A stretch of DNA of 64,000 nt from Clostridiales bacterium (GTDB lineage Bacteria > Bacillota > Clostridia > Monoglobales > WRBX01). The stretch covers positions 786 through 64,785 of the forward strand of contig JAISIR010000007.1 of the NCBI GenBank assembly GCA_031261985.1. Reading direction: 5' to 3'. The notes below the pieces were generated by a model. The model was not told where the DNA came from, did no database searches, and worked only from the letters and a program-made list of their open reading frames with translations. The translations under genes and the position numbers were made by a program. Of the stretch, positions 21,123 to 31,574 are shown piece after piece; the first letter of the stretch is position 1; each line of letters begins with the position of its first letter.

Positions 21123-21701
21123 ATGTCTAAGATTGTCGAGATAAGATGGCATGGACGTGGCGGGCAGGGTGCTAAAACAGCGGCACTTTTATTGGCTGAC
21201 GCTGCTTTTAACACGGGCATGTATGTTCAAGGGTTCCCTGAGTATGGTCCCGAGCGTATGGGTGCGCCTATAACTGCTTACAACAGAATTTCTGATGAGC
21301 GGATTAATATCCATAGTAATATTTACACGCCTAATTATGTGGTAGTGGTAGATGATACCTTGCTAGATAGCATTGATGTGACTGCTGGGCTAGACGAGGG
21401 CGGTGCGATAATAATTAACACAAGCAAAAGTGCGGATGAAATTAAGCCTAAGCTAAAAGGTTATGGTGGTAAAGTGTTTACCATAGATGCAAGGGCGATT
21501 TCTATGGAGACGTTGGGCAGGTACTTCCCTAACACTCCTATGCTTGGTGCGGTTGTTAAGGTATCGGGCTTTATGCCAGTTGAGGATTTTGTTAGTGACA
21601 TGGAAGGCTCGTTTAAACATAAGTTTGCCAGCAAGCCTCAGGTTATAGAGGGGAATATGGCTGCATTAAAACGAAGTGTAACGGAGGTTGTTGAACTATG
21701 A
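21123..21701 (+). CDS. porC: Pyruvate:ferredoxin oxidoreductase gamma subunit
   Basis: EIRWHGRGGQGAKTAA, FPEYGPERMGAP. Confidence 0.93.
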   Translation: MSKIVEIRWHGRGGQGAKTAALLLADAAFNTGMYVQGFPEYGPERMGAPITAYNRISDERINIHSNIYTPNYVVVVDDTLLDSIDVTAGLDEGGAIIINTSKSADEIKPKLKGYGGKVFTIDARAISMETLGRYFPNTPMLGAVVKVSGFMPVEDFVSDMEGSFKHKFASKPQVIEGNMAALKRSVTEVVEL

Positions 21702-22003
21702 GTAAGATAATACCTAATGATGTTAAGTGGCGCGATATATCGCCAGGCGGGATTATAACCGATGCCGGGAACTCTGCCGAGTTTAAAACAGGTGATTGGA
21801 GAAGTGAACGCCCAGTTTGGTTAACCGATAAATGCAAGCAATGTTTGTTGTGCTATCCTACTTGCCCAGATACCTCTATTGTTATAGATGAAGAGGGTAA
21901 GCGTCAAGATTTTGATTATGACCATTGTAAGGGCTGCGGAGTATGCAAGCAGGTATGTCCGTTTGGTGCGATAGAAATGAAGCCGGAAGGAGGCAACAAC
22001 TAA
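21698..22003 (+). CDS. porD: Pyruvate:ferredoxin oxidoreductase delta subunit (2x[4Fe-4S])
   Basis: KTGDWRSERP, CKQCLLCYPTCP, CKGCGVCKQVCP. Confidence 0.93.
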   Translation: MSKIIPNDVKWRDISPGGIITDAGNSAEFKTGDWRSERPVWLTDKCKQCLLCYPTCPDTSIVIDEEGKRQDFDYDHCKGCGVCKQVCPFGAIEMKPEGGNN

Positions 22004-23178
22004 TGAGAGAGCGTTTAAGTGGTAACGAGGCGGTTGCAGTTGCAATGCGTCAGATTAACCCAGATGTGGTTGCTGCGTTCCCTATTACCCCATCTACCGA
22101 AGTTCCGCAATATTTTGCTAGCTTTGTTGCTAACGGCAAGGTAACGACCGAGTTTGTTCCTGTCGAGAGCGAACATTCTGCAATGTCTGCATGTATAGGT
22201 GCTCAGGCGGCTGGTGCAAGAACAATGACGGCGACATCTTCTGCTGGATTAGCGTTAATGTGGGAGATGCTATATATAGCTTCTAGCTCGCGTTTGCCTG
22301 TTACTTTAGCGGCGGTCAACCGTGCGTTGTCGGGGCCGATTAATATTAATAACGACCATTCTGATACAATGGGTGCGAGGGATAGCGGTTGGATTCAACT
22401 TTATGGCGAGACTAACCAAGAAGCGTATGATAATTTTATCCAGGCTGTTAAAATTGGTGAGCATAAAGATATAATGCTACCTGTTATGGATTGCTTTGAT
22501 GGGTTTATAACCAGTCACGCGGTTGAGAATATCGAGCTTATAGATGACGATAAAGTAAAAGCGTTTGTTGGTGAGTATAAACCTGAATTCTACTTGAATA
22601 ATAAAAAGCACCCTATAGCGGTTGGGCCGTTGGATTTACCTATCCACTATTTTGAGCATAAACGTCTGCAAGCCGAGGCGATGCGTAATGCTAAGAAGGT
22701 TATTTTAGATGTTGCAGCCGAGTTTGAGGCAATGACAGGGCGCAAGTATGGGTTGTTTGAAGAGTATAAAATGGAAGATGCAGAAGTTGCGATTGTTGTG
22801 CTAAACTCTACCGCTGGAACGGCTAAGTTTGTAGTAGATGGCTTGCGTGAACGTGGTGTGAAAGCAGGGTTAATCAAGATTCGCGTTTATCGTCCGTTCC
22901 CTGTTGAGGAGATTGCGGCGGCGTTATCTAAAGTTAAGGCAGTTGCTATTTTAGACAAAGCCGATAGCTTTAACGCGGCAGGCGGACCTGTGTTTACCGA
23001 TGTTACATCTGCTATGTATGGACGTGCTGATGGAGTTAAGGCGATTTCGTATATTTATGGTTTAGGTGGGCGTGATGTTAAATCTACCGATATTGAGCTA
23101 GTGTACGAGAGGTTGCTAAGCATAGTTGAGAGTGGCGACATTGGCGAAATTTACAACTATCTAGGTGTAAGAGAATAA
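22003..23178 (+). CDS. porA: Pyruvate:ferredoxin oxidoreductase alpha subunit
   Basis: SGNEAVA, AFPITPST, VESEHSAMS; ATG overlaps porD stop (TAATG). Confidence 0.94.
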   Translation: MRERLSGNEAVAVAMRQINPDVVAAFPITPSTEVPQYFASFVANGKVTTEFVPVESEHSAMSACIGAQAAGARTMTATSSAGLALMWEMLYIASSSRLPVTLAAVNRALSGPININNDHSDTMGARDSGWIQLYGETNQEAYDNFIQAVKIGEHKDIMLPVMDCFDGFITSHAVENIELIDDDKVKAFVGEYKPEFYLNNKKHPIAVGPLDLPIHYFEHKRLQAEAMRNAKKVILDVAAEFEAMTGRKYGLFEEYKMEDAEVAIVVLNSTAGTAKFVVDGLRERGVKAGLIKIRVYRPFPVEEIAAALSKVKAVAILDKADSFNAAGGPVFTDVTSAMYGRADGVKAISYIYGLGGRDVKSTDIELVYERLLSIVESGDIGEIYNYLGVRE

Positions 23179-23193
23179 GGAGTGAATTAAATA

Positions 23194-24126
23194 ATGGCTT
23201 ATAATTTAAAAGAATATGCTAAAAAGCCCGAGAGATTAGCAGGTGGGCATAGAATGTGTGCAGGGTGTGGCGCGCCGGTAGTTGTTCGCGCGGTTATGCG
23301 TGCGCTAGAGCCTGACGACCATGCGGTTGTATGTTCGGCAACAGGGTGTTTAGAGGTTTCTACATGCTTGTACCCATATAGCTCATGGAATGATAGCTTT
23401 ATTCACACAGCTTTTGAGTGTGCAGGGGCGACAATTTCGGGTGTTGAAGCGGCATATAATGCTATGAAGCGTCGTGGGGCGATTGATGCTACAACTAAGT
23501 TTATTGCGTTTGGTGGCGATGGCGGAACGTATGATATTGGTATTCAGTCACTATCTGGTGCTATGGAGCGCGGGCATGATATTGTTTATGTTTGCTACGA
23601 TAACGGAGCGTATATGAACACAGGAATTCAGCGTTCGTCTGCGACACCTACTTTTGCAGATACTACAACCTCGCCAGCTGGAAGTGTTGTGCCTGGTAAG
23701 GTGCAAAAGAAGAAGAACCTAACCGAGATTATGGTTAATCATGGGTTGCCATACGTTGCGCAAACCGCGCCGATGGGTAACTTTAAAGATATAACCGATA
23801 AGGCGCAAAAGGCTATATACACACCTGGTGCATGCTTTATTAATACTATTGCACCATGTCCACGTGGGTGGAGGTATAATACTCCTGACCTTATGAAGAT
23901 AATAAAGTTAGCGGTTGACACTTGCGTTTGGCCATTGTACGAGGTAGAAAATGGCAAGTATGCCATTAACTATACACCAAAAGAGAAGCTTCCTGTAGAA
24001 GAGTTCTTAAAGCCACAAGGTAGGTTTGCGCATATGTTTAAGCCAGGTAACGAGTGGATGATAGAGAAGTTCCAGGAAATGATTGATAATGAGTGGGAGC
24101 GTTTGCAAAAACTAGCTGCTATGTAA
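23194..24126 (+). CDS. porB: Pyruvate:ferredoxin oxidoreductase beta subunit (TPP-binding)
   Basis: GHRMCAGCG, GGDGGTYDIG...YDNGAYMNTGIQRS. Confidence 0.94.
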   Translation: MAYNLKEYAKKPERLAGGHRMCAGCGAPVVVRAVMRALEPDDHAVVCSATGCLEVSTCLYPYSSWNDSFIHTAFECAGATISGVEAAYNAMKRRGAIDATTKFIAFGGDGGTYDIGIQSLSGAMERGHDIVYVCYDNGAYMNTGIQRSSATPTFADTTTSPAGSVVPGKVQKKKNLTEIMVNHGLPYVAQTAPMGNFKDITDKAQKAIYTPGACFINTIAPCPRGWRYNTPDLMKIIKLAVDTCVWPLYEVENGKYAINYTPKEKLPVEEFLKPQGRFAHMFKPGNEWMIEKFQEMIDNEWERLQKLAAM

Positions 24127-24140
24127 TTAATATGTTTGAT

Positions 24141-24170
24141 AAGGGTGTTGCTAGTATAACACCCTTTTTT
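24141..24170 (+). terminator. Rho-independent terminator of por operon
   Basis: aagggtgtt...aacaccctt plus T-run. Confidence 0.75.
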
Positions 24171-24207
24171 ATCTTAAACTATCCTAAAAAAGGAGTGCTA
24201 AAAAACC

Positions 24208-25413
24208 ATGAAGTATGTTGTATTTTTATGTGACGGAATGGCAGATGACCCCGTTGATGCTTTAGGCGGCAAAACGCCTATGGAGGTTGCTAATAAACCG
24301 CTTATGGATGAGTTATGTTCTAAGGGAGAGTTATTGTCCATTAAAACGGTACCAGATGGCTTTGAAGTAGGTTCGGATGTAGCCAATCAAGGTATTTTAG
24401 GCTATGATGTTACTAAGAGTTATCATGGACGCTCGCCTTTAGAGGTGGTTAGTGCAGGGATAGAATTGACCGACCAAAATGTTACGTATCGTGCTAATTT
24501 GGTTACACTTTCGTATGATGATGAGAACCAAAAGTTCGAGGATAAAAAGATGGAAGATTACTCGGCGGGGGATGTTACCACCGAAGATGCAACCGAGCTT
24601 ATAGCGGCGTTAAATGCAGAGCTTGAGTGTGATGAGTATAAGTTTTACCCTGGGTTTATGTATCGGCAATTTTTGATATTTAATAACCCAGATGCGCCAA
24701 ACCCTAAGTTTAATCCACCGCATGATATATCGGGCGAAGTAGTAGGTAAATACTTGCCGAATGACGAGTTGCTGACATATTTAACTAAACGTAGTTACGA
24801 AATTTTACATAACCATCCTGTTAATTTAAGAAGGATAGCCGAAGGTGAGAAGCCAGCGAATAGTATATGGTTATGGGGCAGGGGGACGAAGTCTAACCTT
24901 GCTAACTTTGAGGAGAAATATGGTGTTAAGGGCAGCGTTATATCGGCGGTAGATTTGGTTCGTGGGATAGCGATGCTTTCGGGCATGGAAAATGTTATTG
25001 TGCCAGGTGCGACGGGGTATATAGACACTAACTGGAGCGGTAAGGCGCAGGCGTGCATAAACGAGTTAAAGCGTGGGCAAGAGTTTGTGTATATCCACAT
25101 GGAGGCGCCAGATGAGTGTGGGCATAAGTTTGAGGTAGAGAATAAAGTTGAATCGATAGAAGCGATTGACGAGCAAGTAATTAAGCCGATATATGAATAC
25201 TTAAAGAATTGTGGCGAGGATTATAGAATTTTGATTATGCCTGACCATAAAACGCCTTTAAAAGTAGGGACGCATACAAGTGGCGATGTTCCGTTGGTTA
25301 TTTACGATAGCAGAGTTGACAAGAACACAAATAAAGTGTATAATGAAGCAAATGCTACCGAGAAGTTTAAGGGCGAAGTGCATGAGTTGATGGAATACTT
25401 TATAAAAGGGTAA
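24208..25413 (+). CDS. apgM: Cofactor-independent phosphoglycerate mutase, ApgM type
   Basis: DGMAD, GKTPMEVA, GSDVAN, GRSPLE, HMEAPDECGH, PDHKTP. Confidence 0.85.
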   Translation: MKYVVFLCDGMADDPVDALGGKTPMEVANKPLMDELCSKGELLSIKTVPDGFEVGSDVANQGILGYDVTKSYHGRSPLEVVSAGIELTDQNVTYRANLVTLSYDDENQKFEDKKMEDYSAGDVTTEDATELIAALNAELECDEYKFYPGFMYRQFLIFNNPDAPNPKFNPPHDISGEVVGKYLPNDELLTYLTKRSYEILHNHPVNLRRIAEGEKPANSIWLWGRGTKSNLANFEEKYGVKGSVISAVDLVRGIAMLSGMENVIVPGATGYIDTNWSGKAQACINELKRGQEFVYIHMEAPDECGHKFEVENKVESIEAIDEQVIKPIYEYLKNCGEDYRILIMPDHKTPLKVGTHTSGDVPLVIYDSRVDKNTNKVYNEANATEKFKGEVHELMEYFIKG

Positions 25414-25458
25414 GCCAGAAGCCAGAAGCCACAAATAATTTTATTAAGGGAGAATAGT

Positions 25459-26559
25459 ATGGGAATTATAAACTCTAAGCATGCAAAGTTTTTCTTATTC
25501 GTAATTTATGCCGTTATTGTATGGTTTTTTGCCATGCACTGGTTGCCGACTATTCTTGCCTGCTTTATGCCATTTATTCTAGCTTATTTTGTGGCGGTAA
25601 TGACACAGCCTGTCAAGAGGTTTTTAACCGATAAATGCAAATTTGCGCCTAAGATAGCATCCTTTGTTGCTTTAGTATTGGTGCTGTTATTGTTTTGCGC
25701 GATTCTTGGGTTTATTATAACGCAACTTGTTATCGAGGTAATGAAGTTCTCGCAAAACTCGTCGCTTTATATTTCTAATATAAGTAATTTTATATCCGAG
25801 ATGGATGCAACCTCGTCGGAATGGCAGACGCGATTGCCAAACGATTTTGTCCCGTTTTATGATATGGCGATAGAGGCAATGTCGCAACAGGCAATAGCAA
25901 TGGTTAGCGGGTTATCGCAATGGGTGGTAAATTGGGCGACTAATTTAGCTAGAAGCATGCCGGCGACGCTGCTTTCGTGGTTAATATTTGTTGTGGCAAG
26001 CTTTTTTATGTGTATGGATTTTAGCATGATAAAGAGGTCGGTAATGCTTCAAATCCCCTTGGCGTACAGGGCTAAAGCTTTACAGGTAAAGACATATGCA
26101 GGAACCGCGGTGGCTAAATATATGCGCGGCATGGGCATGGTTATGCTAGTTTCGTTTGCGGTGTTGTGCATAGGGTTATTAGTGCTAAAAATTAATTACG
26201 CTATAACTATTGCGCTAGTGTTGGCGGTGCTAGAGATTTTGCCGCTAATAGGTACCGGGATAATTTTATGCCCATGGGGCGTGATAACTATCTTAAACGG
26301 AAACTATGCGGTGGGCATAGGCTTGATTGTGCTATACTTGGTTAATGTTATAATCCGTCAGGTGGTAGAGCCGAAGATATTGAGCCAGAGCTTGGGGCTA
26401 TACCCAATGGTTACTTTAATTTGTGTATATGTTGGGCTAAAACTGTTTGGGTTTGCAGGCGTTATTGTCTTCCCAATTTTGATGCTGGTTGCGGTGTATT
26501 TGCAAGGAGCGGGAGTAATACAGTTTTGGAAGACGGATAAGAGTATTAAATTGAAATAA
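25459..26559 (+). CDS. ytvI: Sporulation integral membrane protein YtvI (AI-2E family)
   Basis: PFILAY, EILPLIGTGIILCPWG, IRQVVEPKILSQSLGLYP; multi-TM. Confidence 0.8.
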   Translation: MGIINSKHAKFFLFVIYAVIVWFFAMHWLPTILACFMPFILAYFVAVMTQPVKRFLTDKCKFAPKIASFVALVLVLLLFCAILGFIITQLVIEVMKFSQNSSLYISNISNFISEMDATSSEWQTRLPNDFVPFYDMAIEAMSQQAIAMVSGLSQWVVNWATNLARSMPATLLSWLIFVVASFFMCMDFSMIKRSVMLQIPLAYRAKALQVKTYAGTAVAKYMRGMGMVMLVSFAVLCIGLLVLKINYAITIALVLAVLEILPLIGTGIILCPWGVITILNGNYAVGIGLIVLYLVNVIIRQVVEPKILSQSLGLYPMVTLICVYVGLKLFGFAGVIVFPILMLVAVYLQGAGVIQFWKTDKSIKLK

Positions 26560-26666
26560 TGAATAATTAATAATGCAGAATGCAGAATGATGGAAATAAA
26601 TTTTCGTTACACTCAAATTTATAAATAAAGCCATATTTCTGCATTTTGCATTATTCATTCTGCATT
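26558..26666. repeat. 7-mer (AATGCAG-type) flanked palindromic element
   Basis: aatgcagaatgcagaatg-GGAAATAAATT...AATTTATAAATAAAGCC-ctgcattttgcattattcattctgcatt; relatives at 31261, 34465, 54280. Confidence 0.7.
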
Positions 26667-26679
26667 GGTTTTTAAAGAT

Positions 26680-26743
26680 TTAACACAAATTTAACATAAA
26701 AGCGGATTTGCCTATTGCAATCCGCTTAATTTTGTGGTATAAT
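26680..26743 (+). promoter_or_regulatory. TTAACA-N5-TTAACA box plus sigma-A promoter
   Basis: TTAACA-CAAAT-TTAACA 26680-26696, 18 bp, TTGCAA 26715, 17 bp, TGnTATAAT 26738. Confidence 0.8.
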
Positions 26744-26781
26744 GTAAAAGTGAGATATTTAAAAAAGGGGAGTTTTTTAAT

Positions 26782-27543
26782 ATGTATGACAAAAATGAGT
26801 TAAACGAATTAAACGAATTGGCTAAGAAAATTTTGCCAGAAGTAGAAAAGCGCGCACTAAAGTTTATCGATGAAAACATGCCAGAGCATAAAAAGTGGTA
26901 TAAGAATCGTTATGCGATTATGAAATTTAATAAAGATTATGAGATTGCATATGATGATATTGATAAACATGTAAGTATAAAGACCGAGGATTTTAGGGTT
27001 TATCTTATTTTGCATCCCGAAAAAGGAATTGAAACGGCAGCAAGGGAAAATGATTTAGAAGAATTCAAAGAGCTTTTGAACGATGTTTTAAATAATATAG
27101 ACAATATTAGCTTTGATAAAATAATCGCATCGCCTAAAAAAGGATTGTACAGAAAATTAGTAGCAAGTAGTGATATTGCCGAAGGCTATGACAGGGCAAA
27201 AGATTTGATTGAATATCAGGAATATACCGAGCGTATTAACAAAATCACTTTAAAATATGAATCCGAAAGAAAGCTTTCTGAAGATAGACTAAAACGACCT
27301 TTTCAGCCTAAAGCTAAGCAACCTATTCTATTACATTCGAATTCATTTATGGAAAGAGTACATATTTTCCCGAAGGACTTAGCTACTAAAAAATCGGTGC
27401 GTGAAGAAATTAGCAAAAAGAAAAATGAAACCAAAAATGGAACGAAAAATTGGAGCGATAAAGCTAAAAGTCATCAACGCGCGGTGGCAAAGGCAAGCCT
27501 TAAAAAGGCGCAACAGATGAAAAAAGTGGGTAAAGGTAAGTAG
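26782..27543 (+). CDS. Orphan protein with highly basic C-terminal tail
   Basis: 253-aa ORF, GGGGAG RBS, own promoter; ends KASLKKAQQMKKVGKGK. Confidence 0.75.
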   Translation: MYDKNELNELNELAKKILPEVEKRALKFIDENMPEHKKWYKNRYAIMKFNKDYEIAYDDIDKHVSIKTEDFRVYLILHPEKGIETAARENDLEEFKELLNDVLNNIDNISFDKIIASPKKGLYRKLVASSDIAEGYDRAKDLIEYQEYTERINKITLKYESERKLSEDRLKRPFQPKAKQPILLHSNSFMERVHIFPKDLATKKSVREEISKKKNETKNGTKNWSDKAKSHQRAVAKASLKKAQQMKKVGKGK

Positions 27544-27699
27544 AGCTAAAATATAAATATTATTGTGAAAAAAGAGTGATTTTATATCCTCTTTTTTTAA
27601 TTTACATGAATATTGTCGAATAACATTATTTATTAGGTTAGCATAGAATAATATGTAACAAAAGATGATATTTGTTTAGAAAAAATTGGAGGTTGTAAA

Positions 27700-29199
27700 A
27701 TGAGAATTATAAGAACTAACGACAACAAAGGAACGACCAATGTTTCTTTTGTAAAGATTATGTCGGACGGGGAAAGTAAAATTGCAACAACGAAAATTTT
27801 GATGTTGTATTTTACACCAGGTATTTTAGGGCTGACGCTTGACAATATAACGCTAGCGGGCGCGCGAAAAGTTGCGTTGAACGATGCGTCGTATGGTAAA
27901 GGGTCAATATACTCGCTTGCTATTGATGATATCTCGGTACTAGATGGCGAAGAAGTAACAGTTACAATTACGCCACCTGAGGGATATGCTGTTGACCCTA
28001 CCTCACTATCTGTAGTGGTATATGTAGATGATGGAACAACGGATGTAAAGTTCCTTTCGTTAACAGCAGATGGTTCACCAGGTGCGGAAACGAGCGTGGC
28101 GTTGATTATGAAATTTTCGCCGGGTGTTATAGGTTTAACGCGTGATAATATTAGTGCAGAGGGTGTAACACTAGGCGAGATAACAGATGTGTCGGGCGTA
28201 GGAACAATCTACTCGCTGCAATTAAAATCGGTAGATGTACCAAGCGGTAGTGATGTAACAGTGACTCTTACAAACCCTGTAGGGTACAATATACTTCCGC
28301 TTTCTATGTCTTGCAAAATCGGCGTTAACGAGCTTATTATTCCTAAAGAGGGTAAAGTAATAGGCCCGCAGGATGATGAAGTTTCGTTAGATTTAGACAG
28401 GCTTGTTTTTGAAGCGGGCGGTGTTCTTACTGTAAAAGGTACTAGATTTATGTTGAATGCTAGAGAAATCCAGATGCAGGAAGGACAGCATGCGCCTTAT
28501 CAGATACAAATCATCGGGAAAGACGGTGCAGACGGTGCGATAGGTGCTCGTGGCGGTAACGGAGCTGCAGGTAGCGATGGAAGTAAAAACACTTGCAAAC
28601 TAAGCGGGACAGAAGTAGGTAATGCACCAACTCCTGGTGACCGTGGTCAAGACGGTGCCATGGGTGGTTTTGGTGGCGACGGTGGCATGGGAGAAACAAA
28701 CAAACATGCTGAGTTACACTTAGGTAAAGTTAATGATACGTTTAAAGTTATGGCTCGTGGTGGCATAGGCGGAAAAGGCGGCAATGGCGGCACAGGCGGT
28801 AACGGAGGCGCAGGCGGAAAAGGTGGAGCGGCGCATTTTTGTGCTGCAACAATTCCATCACACCCTGGCAACGGTGGTCAAGGTGGCGACGGTGGCCAAG
28901 GCGGATTTGGTGGCGTAGGTGGTAAAGGTTCCGACGGGACGGATATTGATGTATATATCGGTGCAGCGTTTGAACAAATGTATGCGTTTGAAGCATTAGA
29001 AGCTCCAGCTGGGGCAGGCGGTGCAGGCGGTGCAGGCGGTAATGGTGGTGCAGGTGGATCAAAAGGCGACCATACCAAAACTCCACTTTGTCACGATGCG
29101 CAAGATGGTAATCCAGGAAGTGTTGGGCATAAAGGATATGATGGAAAATCGGGCGATGTGTTAGGTAAGAAACCCGTGATATATGTTCACAAGATATAA
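27700..29199 (+). CDS. Protein with two ~100-aa beta-rich repeats and a Gly-rich (collagen/PGRS-like) C-terminal half
   Basis: Repeats GTTNVSFVK...VTVTITPPEGY and GTTDVKFLS...VTVTLTNPVGY; long GGxGGxG runs; GGAGG RBS. Confidence 0.8.
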   Translation: MRIIRTNDNKGTTNVSFVKIMSDGESKIATTKILMLYFTPGILGLTLDNITLAGARKVALNDASYGKGSIYSLAIDDISVLDGEEVTVTITPPEGYAVDPTSLSVVVYVDDGTTDVKFLSLTADGSPGAETSVALIMKFSPGVIGLTRDNISAEGVTLGEITDVSGVGTIYSLQLKSVDVPSGSDVTVTLTNPVGYNILPLSMSCKIGVNELIIPKEGKVIGPQDDEVSLDLDRLVFEAGGVLTVKGTRFMLNAREIQMQEGQHAPYQIQIIGKDGADGAIGARGGNGAAGSDGSKNTCKLSGTEVGNAPTPGDRGQDGAMGGFGGDGGMGETNKHAELHLGKVNDTFKVMARGGIGGKGGNGGTGGNGGAGGKGGAAHFCAATIPSHPGNGGQGGDGGQGGFGGVGGKGSDGTDIDVYIGAAFEQMYAFEALEAPAGAGGAGGAGGNGGAGGSKGDHTKTPLCHDAQDGNPGSVGHKGYDGKSGDVLGKKPVIYVHKI

Positions 29200-29312
29200 T
29201 GCAAATATTCAAGCTAGAAGCGTAAAACGCTTCTAGCCCTACATACGACTAACTTTGCCAAGTTAAATTAGGGTAATAAGAAAATGTGTCGTATGTAAGG
29301 AGATGAAAACAG

Positions 29313-30977
29313 ATGAGAAAAGTTTTTAGAGGACAAACACGTGCGAGGATAGCATTGTTTATGGTGCTTGTATTTTTATCGAGCATACTTTTAACGTTTT
29401 TTGTAAAGCCCGAAAAAGCTTATGCGAGCGCGTCCATGGGAGCGTATACGTTAGGGGACCCTAATGATTTAGTTAATGAAGGCGATTCTTTATACGCTGC
29501 AATTTACGAAAGTGAATTATTAGAAGCTCCTACCACTTTTGCTGATAATGTAGCCGAGGGTTTGACTAATGATGATAATTATATATCCATTCCGTTTTTG
29601 GGTAAGCTAGAACTAGGTGGCAGCGCAAGTTCGCAATACTATAGCGGCAAAAATAAAGATGGAATGTATGCTAATACCGAAACATTAGGTTTAGATGTCA
29701 TTACAGAAAGCGTGAATATAGTTAAAGCTGAGCTAGTGGGGTTATATCCTTCTGGAGAGGAAACAGTACTAACATTATGGGATTATAGTAATTATATTTA
29801 CGATGAAGATGATGAAAACGATACAGAAACAAAGTCGTTATATCAAACAAAGCTTACTAAAAATGTTACAGATAGTTTGAGTAATAATTCACAAGGTACT
29901 ATATCGCCAGGCAAGACTTTTGACGATTTTAGGATTTACTTTAGTAATGGTAGTGGTAATGGCGTGTCGAGTGAAACCGCATCTAGATATGATAAAAACA
30001 ACAACAAATGGGATGCAGCGACTATGCACTTCCCTTCTTCTGATGAGGATGATGGAATTTTAGAGGGATATTATATGCCGGCGGCAAAGTATAATAGTAT
30101 AAAACTAAAACTTAATTTTTTTACTGCAGGCGAGATAAATAGTCCATTGTTTGAGCTTGAAAATAATTTAGAAACTAGAGATTCAACTATTGAGCCGGGT
30201 ATGCGAAGTGATTATTATACGATGTATAATGCCTTTCCGTTAGATGCAACAGGAGGAATTACAGCATCGGCAGTTTACGCTAACAAAGAGTTTTTGTTTG
30301 AAAGAAAAACTTCTGATGCAGAGGGTAAAGAAGTATCTGGCAATATTGCTAGTGCATATAGAGGCTCTGTGGCGATTGGAGGGCAAAACTTTTTGTCGGG
30401 AGGCGAGAATCAAAGCGATGGTGGGTCTTCACAAACCGACATTGGTGGTGGAACGGGCGACGTTGATACCGATGGAGGAACAGCATTAGAACCTGGTGAT
30501 GGCGCAAATGTTGATGGCACAGGGGATAACGCATTACCTGGCGATTCTTTGCAAGCAACCGATTGGAAGACTGCTTTGGGTATATTCTTTGATGACCTGG
30601 TTATCTCTAACGATGATAACAGAAGGAGTATTGGTGATATTACGATTAATATAATAGGGAATACCGTCATGAATACAATTGGTAATTCGGTGGGGGATAT
30701 GCCTAATTCTATTTTGAACAGATATGAGCATTCATTGACGCGTGCAGATGTAGCCGTTGCGATTTATGAGCGTTTACAATTAAAAGGCGGTGGCGGTAAC
30801 GGTGCGTTTTATGATGTGGACGCTAATGCGTGGTACGCAAAAGCTATAAATGGTTTGGAGAATGTAGGGATTATTAAGGGTTATGGCGATGGTACGTTTC
30901 GTCCTAATTCTATTATAACTTTAGAAGAGTATATTGCTCTTATTAGCAGGGCGGTTCTTTGGAGCTGGCAAAATTAG
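29313..30977 (+). CDS. Secreted S-layer homology (SLH) domain protein
   Basis: Signal peptide ending AYA; C-terminal LTRADVA...FYDVDANAWYAKAI...GIIKGYGDGTFRPNSIITLEE. Confidence 0.85.
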   Translation: MRKVFRGQTRARIALFMVLVFLSSILLTFFVKPEKAYASASMGAYTLGDPNDLVNEGDSLYAAIYESELLEAPTTFADNVAEGLTNDDNYISIPFLGKLELGGSASSQYYSGKNKDGMYANTETLGLDVITESVNIVKAELVGLYPSGEETVLTLWDYSNYIYDEDDENDTETKSLYQTKLTKNVTDSLSNNSQGTISPGKTFDDFRIYFSNGSGNGVSSETASRYDKNNNKWDAATMHFPSSDEDDGILEGYYMPAAKYNSIKLKLNFFTAGEINSPLFELENNLETRDSTIEPGMRSDYYTMYNAFPLDATGGITASAVYANKEFLFERKTSDAEGKEVSGNIASAYRGSVAIGGQNFLSGGENQSDGGSSQTDIGGGTGDVDTDGGTALEPGDGANVDGTGDNALPGDSLQATDWKTALGIFFDDLVISNDDNRRSIGDITINIIGNTVMNTIGNSVGDMPNSILNRYEHSLTRADVAVAIYERLQLKGGGGNGAFYDVDANAWYAKAINGLENVGIIKGYGDGTFRPNSIITLEEYIALISRAVLWSWQN

Positions 30978-31002
30978 ATATAGATGTGTATATGGAAAGC
31001 AT

Positions 31003-31034
31003 AAAAATTCCTTGCCAGCGGCAAGGAATTTTTT
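31003..31034 (+). terminator. Bidirectional Rho-independent terminator
   Basis: aaaaattccttgcc-agc-ggcaaggaattttt. Confidence 0.8.
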
Positions 31035-31147
31035 GGGTGTGTGGCGAAAGCAAGTGCAGAAGTGAAACAATAGGAATAAGTGAAAAGTGAAAAACGAAGA
31101 GTGAAAGGTTAAAAGTACAAAACCTGCCAAGCAAGCTTGGCAGGTTT

Positions 31148-31223
31148 TGGCTGAGATGGCAGGATTCGAACCTGCGGATGCTAGAACCAGAATCTAGTGC
31201 CTTACCGACTTGGCGACATCCCA
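31148..31223 (-). tRNA. tRNA-Gln (CTG)
   Basis: Reverse complement TGGGATGTCGCCAAGTCGGTAAGGCACTAGATTCTGGTTCTAGCATCCGCAGGTTCGAATCCTGCCATCTCAGCCA. Confidence 0.95.
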
Positions 31224-31260
31224 ATATAAAAGGATAATGAAAAATGGAGAACTCCGCTTT

Positions 31261-31550
31261 AATGCAGAATGAATAATGCAAAATGAATAATGAAGGAAAT
31301 AAATTCTCGATAAATCTCGAATTTATAAATAAAGCCTCGTCATCCCGTGCTCGTCGCAACAGCTTCACGTAGCTGGTTTTTGCTAAAAGCGCAAAAACGT
31401 TGCTAGTGTTCCGCGTTGCTCCTCTTTTCCCACAAAACGAAAAGCGCGTTTTGCGGGAACCCTAGATGGAATCTATATGCTATATAGTAATCGACTGATG
31501 TCATTCTCAGTTTGCGTATAGATTGCGGGTCGAAGCCCGCAATGACACGA
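31261..31550. repeat. Cluster of 7-mer element and REP-like palindromes
   Basis: 7-mer array plus GGAAATAAATT core (31261-31336); hairpins cccacaaaacg/cgttttgcggg and ttgcgggtcgaagcccgcaa. Confidence 0.55.
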
Positions 31551-31574
31551 CACACTTTGAACATAAATTCTCAA

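Noticed and set aside
30943-31368. 141-aa and 69-aa minus-strand ORFs
   Set aside because: They overlap tRNA-Gln and/or heptamer repeats and a terminator; translation is repeat-derived
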